A stretch of DNA of 64,000 bases. Source: Oscillospiraceae bacterium (lineage in GTDB: Bacteria > Bacillota > Clostridia > Oscillospirales > Acutalibacteraceae). Location: NCBI GenBank assembly GCA_029098185.1, contig JAQXNV010000017.1:66-64065 (forward strand), read 5' to 3'. This document shows positions 9,909 through 17,906 of this stretch, piece after piece. Positions within the stretch are counted from its first letter, which is position 1, and each line of letters begins with the position of its first letter. The notes under the pieces were generated by a model, which was not told the DNA's origin, searched no databases, and worked only from the letters and a program-made list of their open reading frames with translations. A program made the position numbers and the translations under genes.

Positions 9909-11306
9909 TTGGAATTTGGATACCATATCAGAGAATACCGGGAAGAAATTCTGGAATACCTGGCAGAATTGATCGCCATTCCATCTGTTTCTGACCCAAA
10001 CGCAAAGACCCCCGGCAGACCCTATGGTGAAGCGTCGGCAAGAGCGCTGGAGTCTATTTTGCGAAAAGGAGATGAAATGGGCTTTTCGATTAAAAATGTA
10101 GGCAATTACGCCGGCCATGTCGCCTATGAATGTGGAGACAGGGACGAGTATGCAGCCGTGCTGAGTCATGTGGATGTGGTACCGGCCGGCGCCGGCTGGG
10201 AGACAGATCCCTTTGCGCTGACAGAGCGAAACGGATTGCTGTACGGCCGTGGTGTTCTGGATGACAAGGGCGCAGCGGTAGTCTCCCTGTTCTGCTTAAA
10301 AGCCCTCAAGGACCACGGCATCTTGGGCAAACGGTCCCTTCGCTGCATTTTTGGCGCCGGAGAAGAAGTGGGCATGAGCGACCTGGAGCATTATTTTGCA
10401 GAAGAGCCGCTGCCGGTCTTTGCCTTTACGCCGGACGGCGACTACGGCATCTGCAACCGGGAAAAAGGCATCCTCCACTTTACGCTGCAGGGCAAAAATA
10501 ACAGCGTTGTCCTGCAATCGCTGCAGGGCGGACAAGTCGTCAACGCAGTACCGGATCTGGCCCTGGCCATTCTTCGCTGCACCAAAAAAGAGGTGGAGCG
10601 TTTGGAAGAGGCCGCAAAGGTTTCTGGGGAGCAGTACACGCTGCAGTGGAACGATGGGGAAGGCACGGCAGAGTTTTCCGTCCGTGGCCGTGCCGCCCAC
10701 GCCAGAGAGCCAGCCCAGGGCCACAACGCTGTACTGCATCTGCTGGACCTGCTGGGACAGGTCTTTGCGCCGGAAACATTAGGCGTTCTGCCGTCCTTTT
10801 TGCGAAAAGCTGTTGGTCTGGAAACCGATGGCCGCTCTTTGGACATCCACCAGGCCGACGAACCGTCCGGCCCGCTGACCATGAACGTTGGCATCGTGCG
10901 GATCGACAGCCGTGATGCCATGGCCGGGTTAGACATCCGCTACCCGGTCACAGGGGATGGGGACGCCATTATCGCAAAGCTGAAAGACCGCGCGGAAGCG
11001 GAAGGCCTATCTTATCGCACGATGGAGGATCTCAAGCCCTTGTACGCTAAGGAGGATTCTCCACTGGTGTCGGTGTTGTCCGACGCTTATCGGGCGGCCA
11101 CAGGGGAAGAGGCACTATTGTATGCCACTGGCGGCGGTTCCTATGCCCGCTGTATTCCCGGAAGATGCGTTGCCTTTGGCCCTGTTTTCCCCGGCGAGCC
11201 AGACCGCAAAATGCACCAGAGCGGCGAACATATCGATCCGGAGCTGTTTTTCCGTCATGCAGAGATCTGCCTGGAAGCTATGTACCGGATGCTCCTTACA
11301 CCGTAA
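9909..11306 (+). CDS. pepV: M20-family dipeptidase (PepV/Sapep-like)
   Basis: HVDVVPAG and GRGVLDDKG motifs. The start is uncertain: TTG at 9909 or GTG at 9900, just after the aaggag at 9895-9900. The ORF-track start at 9819 overlaps galE. Confidence 0.85.
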   Translation: MEFGYHIREYREEILEYLAELIAIPSVSDPNAKTPGRPYGEASARALESILRKGDEMGFSIKNVGNYAGHVAYECGDRDEYAAVLSHVDVVPAGAGWETDPFALTERNGLLYGRGVLDDKGAAVVSLFCLKALKDHGILGKRSLRCIFGAGEEVGMSDLEHYFAEEPLPVFAFTPDGDYGICNREKGILHFTLQGKNNSVVLQSLQGGQVVNAVPDLALAILRCTKKEVERLEEAAKVSGEQYTLQWNDGEGTAEFSVRGRAAHAREPAQGHNAVLHLLDLLGQVFAPETLGVLPSFLRKAVGLETDGRSLDIHQADEPSGPLTMNVGIVRIDSRDAMAGLDIRYPVTGDGDAIIAKLKDRAEAEGLSYRTMEDLKPLYAKEDSPLVSVLSDAYRAATGEEALLYATGGGSYARCIPGRCVAFGPVFPGEPDRKMHQSGEHIDPELFFRHAEICLEAMYRMLLTP

Positions 11307-11316
11307 AAGTGACATA

Positions 11317-11357
11317 GAAAAAGACCAGTATCGAGTGCTTGATGCTGGTCTTTTTTG
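11317..11357. terminator. Bidirectional terminator between pepV and abrB
   Basis: AGACCAG...CTGGTCT stem flanked by AAAAA and TTTTTT. Confidence 0.75.
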
Positions 11358-11363
11358 CTATTG

Positions 11364-11603
11364 TCATCTGTGCAGTTCTTTAATGCAGTTGGCGCAGATG
11401 GTTTTGTCTTTGAATTTTTGCACATCCTCTGTGCTGTTGCAGAAGATGCAGGATGGCTGGTATTTTTTGAGCAGAATGGAATTTTCATCTACAAAAAGCT
11501 CGAAGGGATCGTCTGTTTTGATATGCATGGAATCTCTAAGGTTTTTTGGTAGAAGGATCCGACCAAGATCATCAATACGTTTTACGATACCAATTGGTTT
11601 CAT
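11364..11603 (-). CDS. abrB: AbrB/SpoVT-family transition-state regulator (clostridial type with a C-terminal CxxC...CxxC)
   Basis: MKPIGIVKRIDDLGRILLPKNLR matches the SpoVT_AbrB swapped-hairpin N-terminus, and the C-terminus reads CIFCN...CANC. I chose the start at M15 of the ORF-track protein. Confidence 0.85.
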   Translation of the reverse strand: MKPIGIVKRIDDLGRILLPKNLRDSMHIKTDDPFELFVDENSILLKKYQPSCIFCNSTEDVQKFKDKTICANCIKELHR

Positions 11604-11756
11604 TAGTAATACCTTCTTTTTGAAATGATGACAAAATGATACCATTTCCTGGTAATTTTGTCAATCGAATGCAAAAAAAATTCACAATTTCAAAACCCTT
11701 TACTCATAATTTTGGGGCGCAGACATACCTATCAAACAGGAAAGGCGGTGGGAGCC

Positions 11757-12356
11757 ATGATGAATATGATCTGGCTGTTTTTGATTTTGGTGAGTTTTGT
11801 CTGTGCCATTTTTACCGGGCATATGGAACAGTTGTCCCAGGCGGTGATGGAGGGGGCCAACAGCGGCGTCACCCTGGTTTTGACAACAGCAGGCGTCATG
11901 TGTCTCTGGACAGGTCTGATGAAGATTGCCGACAGCGGCGGGCTCACCAAACGATTGGCGCACCTGTTCTCCCCGATTTTGCATCGCCTGTTTCCCGATT
12001 ATCCGCCGGACAGCCCGGCCATCGGCGCCATCAGCCTCAATGTTACCGCCAATCTGTTGGGACTGGGCAATGCGGCAACGCCGTTTGGGCTTTCCGCCAT
12101 GCGGGAGATGCAAAAAGCACGGCCGGATCCCCATGCGAAAACGGCCAACGACAGCATGGTGCGCTTTGTGGTCCTGAATACTGCCAGTATCCAGCTTATT
12201 CCCACCTTTTTGGGCGCCATTCGTATGCAGTACGGCTCCAGCGCACCCTTTGGGATGCTGCCCGCAGTGTGGATCACTTCCTTTTCTGCCCTGGTGGTGG
12301 GCATTGCCGGCGCTTATCTGTTTCGCGGAAAAAAGGACGGGGAGCGGTTGCAATGA
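11757..12356 (+). CDS. spmA: Spore maturation protein A (nucleoside-recognition-domain membrane protein)
   Basis: MMNMIWLFLILVS...NLLGLGNAATPFGL is typical of SpmA. The RBS (ggcggtgggag) precedes the ATG at 11757. Confidence 0.88.
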   Translation: MMNMIWLFLILVSFVCAIFTGHMEQLSQAVMEGANSGVTLVLTTAGVMCLWTGLMKIADSGGLTKRLAHLFSPILHRLFPDYPPDSPAIGAISLNVTANLLGLGNAATPFGLSAMREMQKARPDPHAKTANDSMVRFVVLNTASIQLIPTFLGAIRMQYGSSAPFGMLPAVWITSFSALVVGIAGAYLFRGKKDGERLQ

Positions 12357-12889
12357 GCAGTTCCTTAACGTCGTTTACCGCCTACCTGATCCCCTCTGTC
12401 GTCGTCATTATTTTGCTGTTTGGCATGGTCAAGCGGGTACCGGTATTCGAAACCTTTCTCGCCGGCGCAAAGGAGGGGCTGCATTCCTGCGTCTCGATCT
12501 TGCCGTCCCTCATTGGCTTGCTGATGGCCGTCCATATGCTGCAAGCTTCCGGCGCACTGGATCTCTTTACCCAGTGGATCACGCCGCTGGCAACGCAGAT
12601 CGGTTTCCCGCCGGAGGTGACGCCGCTGCTTTTGCTGCGTCCCGTTTCCGGCAGTGGCTCTACGGCTATCCTGACCCAGATCTTTGACCAATGCGGCCCG
12701 GATAGTCTTGCCGGCTGGACAGCGTCGGTGATGGCCGGTTCTACGGAAACCACCTTTTATGCCATTGCCGTTTATTACGGCGCTGTAGGCATCAAAAAGA
12801 CACGCCATACGATTCCCGCTGCTCTGCTGGCCGATTTTGCCTGCGGCGTGTTTGCCGTCTTGACGACCCGTCTCTTTTTTGGGCAATAG
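12353..12889 (+). CDS. spmB: Spore maturation protein B
   Basis: ATGA overlap with the spmA stop. It is a membrane protein with the LRPVSGSGSTA motif. Only this part of the long ORF 11636..12889 is credible. Confidence 0.88.
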   Translation: MSSSLTSFTAYLIPSVVVIILLFGMVKRVPVFETFLAGAKEGLHSCVSILPSLIGLLMAVHMLQASGALDLFTQWITPLATQIGFPPEVTPLLLLRPVSGSGSTAILTQIFDQCGPDSLAGWTASVMAGSTETTFYAIAVYYGAVGIKKTRHTIPAALLADFACGVFAVLTTRLFFGQ

Positions 12890-12912
12890 GTGAGAACATG
12901 AAAGCAAAAAGA

Positions 12913-12939
12913 AAAAGCTGTGGCGGTTCCACAGCTTTT
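12913..12939. terminator. Bidirectional terminator between spmB and mscS
   Basis: AAAAGCTGTGG-cggtt-CCACAGCTTTT. Confidence 0.8.
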
Positions 12940-12949
12940 GGCAGATTGT

Positions 12950-13933
12950 TTAGTCGAAGTGGGCTGTCTTTTCGGGATCGCCGCCGGAGTCGCCGGTGGG
13001 ATTGCAGATATGTACATCCAGTTGGCTGAACGGAACCCGAATATCCTTTTCCCGGAAGGTGTCACTGATGGACTCGTTGATGGCCCAGAATACCAGCCAG
13101 TAATTTTCCGGATGGACATAGACCCGCAGAGAGCAGGCAATGCCGTCGGCTTCCTGGCCCAGCACTACGAACATAGGCGCCGGTTCCTCCAGGACCATGT
13201 CATTTGCTTTGGCAATGGCCAGTACTGTTTCCCGGATCTCCTGTAAATTGGTGCCGTACTGTAAATTAAAGTTGTACGAGATCCGGCGCACGCCGAGAAT
13301 GGTGAAGTTGGTCACCGTACCGGCAGTCAGGGTAGAGTTGGGGATGATGACCCGCGAGCTGTCCACCGTTTTGATGGTGGTGTGCATGATCTCCACACGT
13401 TCCACCGTACCTTCCACATCGCCGATGGAGATGTAGTCCCCGGAGCTAAAGGGCTTTGTGACGATAATGGTGATGCCGCTGGCAACGTTGGAAACGAATT
13501 CCTTGAGGCCAAGACCAAGACCGATACCAGCAGCGCCCAGTGCGGCGAACACGCTGGAGAACTGCATACCGAATGGATACAGGCAGAAGATGATGACCAC
13601 AAAGCGCAGCAGATATTTGGTGACGGATGTGATGAAGGTGATGGCGCTGGTCTCAATGCCGGCTTTTTTCATTCCCTGCTTCATCAGCCGGACCAGCAGG
13701 GTGACGGCCCACCAGCCGCCGACGAGAATGATGGCGCAGAACAGGAAGCTGGGCCAGTTGGTGCTCAGCCAGTGCCAGATGTTGTCCCAGACCGTTACAA
13801 CATTTTCCACTGTTGTTTCAACGACTTCCTCTGCCGAAGAAGCGACCCCGGTGGTCGCAGCTTCCGAGACGACTTCTGATGCGGCCTCCGAAACAGCCGA
13901 AGCGGCGGCTGCGGCCTTTGCAAAAAGAAACAT
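12950..13933 (-). CDS. mscS: Small-conductance mechanosensitive channel (MscS family)
   Basis: Three TM helices followed by the beta-domain motif PFSSGDYISIGDVEGTVERVEIMHTTIKT. The start is at M24 of the ORF-track protein, with RBS ggagga 7 nt upstream. Confidence 0.85.
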   Translation of the reverse strand: MFLFAKAAAAASAVSEAASEVVSEAATTGVASSAEEVVETTVENVVTVWDNIWHWLSTNWPSFLFCAIILVGGWWAVTLLVRLMKQGMKKAGIETSAITFITSVTKYLLRFVVIIFCLYPFGMQFSSVFAALGAAGIGLGLGLKEFVSNVASGITIIVTKPFSSGDYISIGDVEGTVERVEIMHTTIKTVDSSRVIIPNSTLTAGTVTNFTILGVRRISYNFNLQYGTNLQEIRETVLAIAKANDMVLEEPAPMFVVLGQEADGIACSLRVYVHPENYWLVFWAINESISDTFREKDIRVPFSQLDVHICNPTGDSGGDPEKTAHFD

Positions 13934-14006
13934 CGCAAATTCCTCCAATCTAAAAAAGTTCTTATGAACAGCATAGCATACTTTGCTGACAAAAGATAGC
14001 ATATTT

Positions 14007-14088
14007 TGTGGTTTTCCGGCATATTACGAAACTGTAACCACAGATTAAAGAGAATTTACCACATTTAGGCAGTGGTTATTGGTATAAT
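14007..14088 (+). promoter_or_regulatory. Divergent promoter region with four GTGGT/ACCAC half-sites and an extended -10
   Basis: Half-sites are TGTGGTT (14007-13), AACCACA (14036-42), TACCACA (14057-63) and GTGGTTA (14072-78). TGgTATAAT follows at 14080-88, 41 nt before the ATG at 14129. Confidence 0.45.
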
Positions 14089-14128
14089 TGAAGCAGAACA
14101 AGAACTTGAATAGAGGGGAGAACTGTGC

Positions 14129-15310
14129 ATGTCCAACGAAAAACTACATGTGTATACGATCTGCTTCCCAGCATATGACAGCACAACACAGCTTCACGGC
14201 TGTTTATATCAGATTCGGCGGAATTTTTTTGAAAACGGCGTATCGGAAAAGAAAGTGATCACCGACACCACCGATGGTGTCTGCACCAAATACAGCTATT
14301 ATATCTCCCAGTGGGGGATGGGCTGGAAAAAGACCGTAGACGGTCATCTGCTAGAGTACTCAGTGCCGGAGCCGGACGGCTGTTCGATCTTATTCCAGGA
14401 CAGCGATTCGCACCATTATGAGAAGATCATTTATGACAATAATCTGGATTGGGTCAAGACGTATTACTACCATAAATTCAACGATTCCCAGATCCCGGCC
14501 CACTCTCTGGAACTGCTGGATGAACGGGGCGTTTTGCTGCTGCGGAGCTATGACGAGCAGGGTGATCCGAAATCCAGCTTAAAGCTGTATCCGGGCTATT
14601 CGGAGGTCAGCTCCGAGATCAATGAGGTGCTCGATCAGGAATCGGGCAAGCCGATCATCTACGCGGCCACCAGCCGGGGAGAGGTATGCTTCTGCACCGC
14701 CCAGCAGGCCAGACTGCGGGACAGCGCCATGGAGATGCTGGATCCGTCCTTGGCGCCGCTGGATCTGGAGGACATCATGGTTTCCACCTTCGATTGGGAC
14801 GAGCGAGGCGCGCAGCTTTTCGCAGAATGCGTTTTGCTGTTGCGGGGCGCCGACGCCGATGCGGAATCGGCGCAGGCAGAGATGGAACAGATCGCCAAAA
14901 ACGAAGAAGCGGCCCTGCGAGAGAACAGGGATGTCACGTCGGAATACCGCCGCACCATTGCGGAAACGGAAGATTGGATCCGGCAGTTAAAAGCATCCCA
15001 GCAGCCGAGTGACATTCAACAAGCGCAGGAGCTGTTCTCCTATTCCAGCGAAGAAGCGCGGGAGCAGGACAGCGATCTTTCGGAGATTTTGGCGCTCATC
15101 CATCACATTGAAGAAAAGGATCATCCCCAGACAGTGCACCATAAACGGGTAGAATCCGAGGGCAGAAGTCTTTCGAAAGAAATGCAGAGCCTGCAAAAGG
15201 CCGGCAAAAAGATGCCGTCCCGCTATACGGTGGCCGGGAAAAAATCCCATTCCAAAATGGTCCACGCTTCCGATGTGTTTGACCAGGAATCCGAAAGCTG
15301 TGCCGGTTGA
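14129..15310 (+). CDS. Hypothetical protein (about 220-aa N-terminal globular part plus an acidic, helix-prone C-terminal half)
   Basis: 393-aa ORF with RBS agaggggag. I recognise no family motif. It is in tandem, 21 nt upstream of the MBL-fold gene. Confidence 0.6.
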   Translation: MSNEKLHVYTICFPAYDSTTQLHGCLYQIRRNFFENGVSEKKVITDTTDGVCTKYSYYISQWGMGWKKTVDGHLLEYSVPEPDGCSILFQDSDSHHYEKIIYDNNLDWVKTYYYHKFNDSQIPAHSLELLDERGVLLLRSYDEQGDPKSSLKLYPGYSEVSSEINEVLDQESGKPIIYAATSRGEVCFCTAQQARLRDSAMEMLDPSLAPLDLEDIMVSTFDWDERGAQLFAECVLLLRGADADAESAQAEMEQIAKNEEAALRENRDVTSEYRRTIAETEDWIRQLKASQQPSDIQQAQELFSYSSEEAREQDSDLSEILALIHHIEEKDHPQTVHHKRVESEGRSLSKEMQSLQKAGKKMPSRYTVAGKKSHSKMVHASDVFDQESESCAG

Positions 15311-15331
15311 TTTTCATGGAGGAGAGCAGCG

Positions 15332-16609
15332 ATGGAATGGGTAAAGCTCCATGACGTTGGCTTTGGCGAATGTGTCGTTGTTGGCGGCAGCCACGGAGAG
15401 ATCTTGATGGTGGATTGCGGCACGCTGCGGCCCCGGCTAGACGATCAGCGGTTGTTCCGGGAAGATGTGCCGGTGATCGCATCCCAGTATGCAAACGCCA
15501 GTGAACGGAGTTTTCTGCTTTCTCATTTTCATAAAGATCATTACTGCGGGTTGCCGTTGCTTTTGCGGGGCGATCCGCAGTATTTTGACCGGATCTATGT
15601 GCCGTGTTGTCCCGTGGATCGAAAGGGCGTGCCGCTGTTGATGGAGCTGGCGATTTTCATTGAATCCTTTGTCACGGGGCCGGGGGCAGAGACGGTGCGG
15701 ATGAACGGCGCAAATCTTCGATTCTTCCGGGAGATCTGCACGCTTGCCACCACCGAGACGATCTATACGCTGTCTGCCGGCGATCTTTTGGAATTTGATG
15801 ACGAAATGTATGAAGTCCTCTGGCCGCCAAAGGAAAACTATCCGTTTTCGCCGGAACTGATCGGGCTGGTGGATGAGGCCAACCGTATCCTCAGCACCAG
15901 CCGGGATTCCTGTGCCGATGCGTTTCTGGTGCTGAAGGACCAGCTTTGTGCAGCGTATATTCGCTGCATGGATGCTTTTGCCTATGAAACGACGGCTGAC
16001 CAGCAGGAGCGGCAGGACTGTGTGGAGGATCTTTTCCATCTGCTGGACGAGCTAAACGATTTGCTGCCCTATCTGCATACGCTGCGCGTTGCCCAGCGTG
16101 TCAGCGAGCTGCTCAAGGACCGCTCCAAGGTCCTAGCAGTAGGACGGGAGATCAACGGTTCCAGCCTGATCTTATCTTCGGAAAGGCTGCTGCTCACCGG
16201 CGACGCCACACCGGAAACGATGGGCCGCATCGCGCCGATGCTCCACGACAGCTACGAGGTGGTCAAAGCACCCCACCACGGGACGCAATCCTGCTGGTGG
16301 GATGGCTTTACCGATCTGGGCATCACCCACCTGCTCATCAGCAATGGGCGGGTGAGAGGCGGCGGGAAGATCGCCAGGGCATATGGCAGTCTCAATGCCC
16401 TTCACCATTGTACCGGCGTCAATCACTGCGCCTGTTACGAGGAGACCGGCCGCTGCTGCAATGAAGGGCTGTATTGCCCGCTGTGTGTTCCGGAAACGGC
16501 GGACCCCACCCGCTGCCGGATCCGGGGCTGTCCCATTTATGTAGGATCCTTTTGGGAACTGCATCCCTGTCGCTGTACAGAAAAGCGGCTGGACTGGGAT
16601 GCTGTTTAA
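15332..16609 (+). CDS. Metallo-beta-lactamase-fold protein with a Cys-rich C-terminal tail
   Basis: It has SHFHKDHYCG (HxHxDH), a later TGDA, and KAPHHG as in ComEC/Rec2-type MBL domains. The last 60 aa or so carry 11 Cys (HHCTGVNHCACYEETGRCCNEGLYCPLC...CRIRGC...CRC). Confidence 0.65.
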   Translation: MEWVKLHDVGFGECVVVGGSHGEILMVDCGTLRPRLDDQRLFREDVPVIASQYANASERSFLLSHFHKDHYCGLPLLLRGDPQYFDRIYVPCCPVDRKGVPLLMELAIFIESFVTGPGAETVRMNGANLRFFREICTLATTETIYTLSAGDLLEFDDEMYEVLWPPKENYPFSPELIGLVDEANRILSTSRDSCADAFLVLKDQLCAAYIRCMDAFAYETTADQQERQDCVEDLFHLLDELNDLLPYLHTLRVAQRVSELLKDRSKVLAVGREINGSSLILSSERLLLTGDATPETMGRIAPMLHDSYEVVKAPHHGTQSCWWDGFTDLGITHLLISNGRVRGGGKIARAYGSLNALHHCTGVNHCACYEETGRCCNEGLYCPLCVPETADPTRCRIRGCPIYVGSFWELHPCRCTEKRLDWDAV

Positions 16610-16679
16610 AAAAAGAAAATCCGCTCCATTGTATAAATCTTCCGCTGTTGGTGCAATATAACAGCGGGAGGTGTTTTGC

Positions 16680-17363
16680 ATGAAAGAAACAGAGCAAAAG
16701 AAGGGACATAAAAAAGGAAATTGGGGTGTGCGCGGTGTTTACGCAGCGTTAGCGGTTTGCCTGGTGGCGGTGGGCGCAGCGGCATGGACGACTTTTGACA
16801 GTATCTCCACCACGCTGCGCAGCAACACACAGAGTCAAAAGCAAACGGAGCCAACGACCCAGACGGTCAGCGGCGTGATCCAGTCCACAACATCGGAAGC
16901 AGTGTCCGCTGAAGAAACGGATCTTGATGCAGAAACTGCGTCTACAGCGGCAGAGGTAACGGCACTGCAATTGCCCTTGTCTAACGGCATCAGCCGGTCT
17001 TTCAGCGGAGAAGAACTGATCTATTCCGAAACACTGAAGGATTGGCGCACCCATAACGGTACCGATTTTTCCGGTGAAGAAGGAGAAGCGGTGCTCTCTG
17101 CTGCTGACGGCACAGTCAAGGAAGTCCGGGAGGACAGCCTCATGGGCAATGTGGTCGTTGTCACGTCGGGCACGCTGGAGCTGTCTTACTGCGGGTTGAA
17201 CGAGACCGATGTCCAAACGGGGGACAAGGTAACGGCAGGCCAAACATTGGGCAGTCTGGGGATCATCCCGGCAGAGCAGGCAGAAGGCGTCCATCTCCAT
17301 CTGGAGATCCAGCAGGACGGCGCGTATGTCGATTGTGAATCGCTGCTTTCTGGCAATGGATAA
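16680..17363 (+). CDS. Membrane-anchored M23 (LytM-domain) metallopeptidase, possibly SpoIIQ-like
   Basis: An N-terminal TM helix, then HNGTDF (HxxxD) and HLHLEI (HxH). RBS gggag lies 9 nt before the ATG at 16680. Confidence 0.82.
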   Translation: MKETEQKKGHKKGNWGVRGVYAALAVCLVAVGAAAWTTFDSISTTLRSNTQSQKQTEPTTQTVSGVIQSTTSEAVSAEETDLDAETASTAAEVTALQLPLSNGISRSFSGEELIYSETLKDWRTHNGTDFSGEEGEAVLSAADGTVKEVREDSLMGNVVVVTSGTLELSYCGLNETDVQTGDKVTAGQTLGSLGIIPAEQAEGVHLHLEIQQDGAYVDCESLLSGNG

Positions 17364-17439
17364 CAAACGAGCTGTCACAATTTATTTACAAAGACACAAC
17401 AGTTTGTTTTGAACTTTTTGCTGTCGGTCTGGTATACTG

Positions 17440-17579
17440 AGATCAGTAAGCGGGACAAGGTGTTCCGGCAGAGGACAGCCCTTCCCACTTGCAGCAGCAG
17501 CCCCCATCTGCTGCTCGTCATTGAATTATACCCTAAAACCCCTATCTAAGCGGCAGGATAACCTGTCGCTCCTTTTTTT
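17440..17579 (+). ncRNA. Candidate small RNA 1, bounded by a promoter and a terminator
   Basis: The promoter is TTGAAC (17409-14), an 18-nt spacer, then TGgTATACT (17430-38). An internal hairpin GCAGCAG-cagcccccat-CTGCTGC is present, along with C-rich tracts CCCTTCCC, CCCCC and CCCC. The terminator is AGCGGCAGG-ataa-CCTGTCGCT followed by T7 (17549-79). There is no credible ORF. Confidence 0.4.
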
Positions 17580-17664
17580 GTTTGCCCGTCACAAATGCTT
17601 TACGAAAAAAACAAAGTTTGTTTTTGCTTTGTTTAAAGATCGGTCACAACCATCCGATATACTA

Positions 17665-17830
17665 AAAGCAGTGAACGAAACAACACCGTCTGCGCAGATG
17701 GCGTCTCGTTCCTCACCGTCAGCAGTCCTTCATCTGCTGCCGGGGGTTCCCAAAATCAATAAAAATAAGAAACAAAGCGCGAAACGAAAGGTTTCCGCCA
17801 TCCCACCTTGCTTACAGGGTGGGATTTTTT
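17665..17830 (+). ncRNA. Candidate small RNA 2
   Basis: A TATACT -10 lies at 17658-63, but the -35 is weak. It has hairpins GAACGA...TCGTTC and CAGCAG-tccttcat-CTGCTG and an A-rich linker. The terminator is ATCCCACC-ttgcttacag-GGTGGGAT followed by T6 (17800-30). Confidence 0.33.
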
Positions 17831-17853
17831 GTTGCACACAGAAGTTCACCAAC

Positions 17854-17888
17854 AAAAAAACCGGCAATGCCTCTATGGACAATGCCGG
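17854..17888 (-). terminator. Probable terminator of the HTH regulator gene
   Basis: On the minus strand it reads CCGGCA-16 nt-TGCCGG followed by T7. The stem is only 6 bp. Confidence 0.45.
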
Positions 17889-17906
17889 GAAGATCACAAC
17901 GATCGT

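Noticed and set aside
11636-12889. A 417-aa plus-strand ORF spanning the spmA region.
   Set aside because: Its first 240 codons or so are an out-of-frame read-through of spmA (Gly/Arg/Pro-rich nonsense). Only the part from the ATG at 12353 (SpmB) is credible.
17440-17830. Known housekeeping RNAs (SRP RNA, 6S RNA, tmRNA, RNase P) as the identity of the noncoding units.
   Set aside because: There is only a loose resemblance of GUUCCGGCAGAGGACAGCC to the SRP domain IV sequence. The lengths (about 130 and 165 nt) and overall architecture do not fit clostridial SRP RNA, 6S RNA, tmRNA or RNase P RNA. A covariance-model search is needed.
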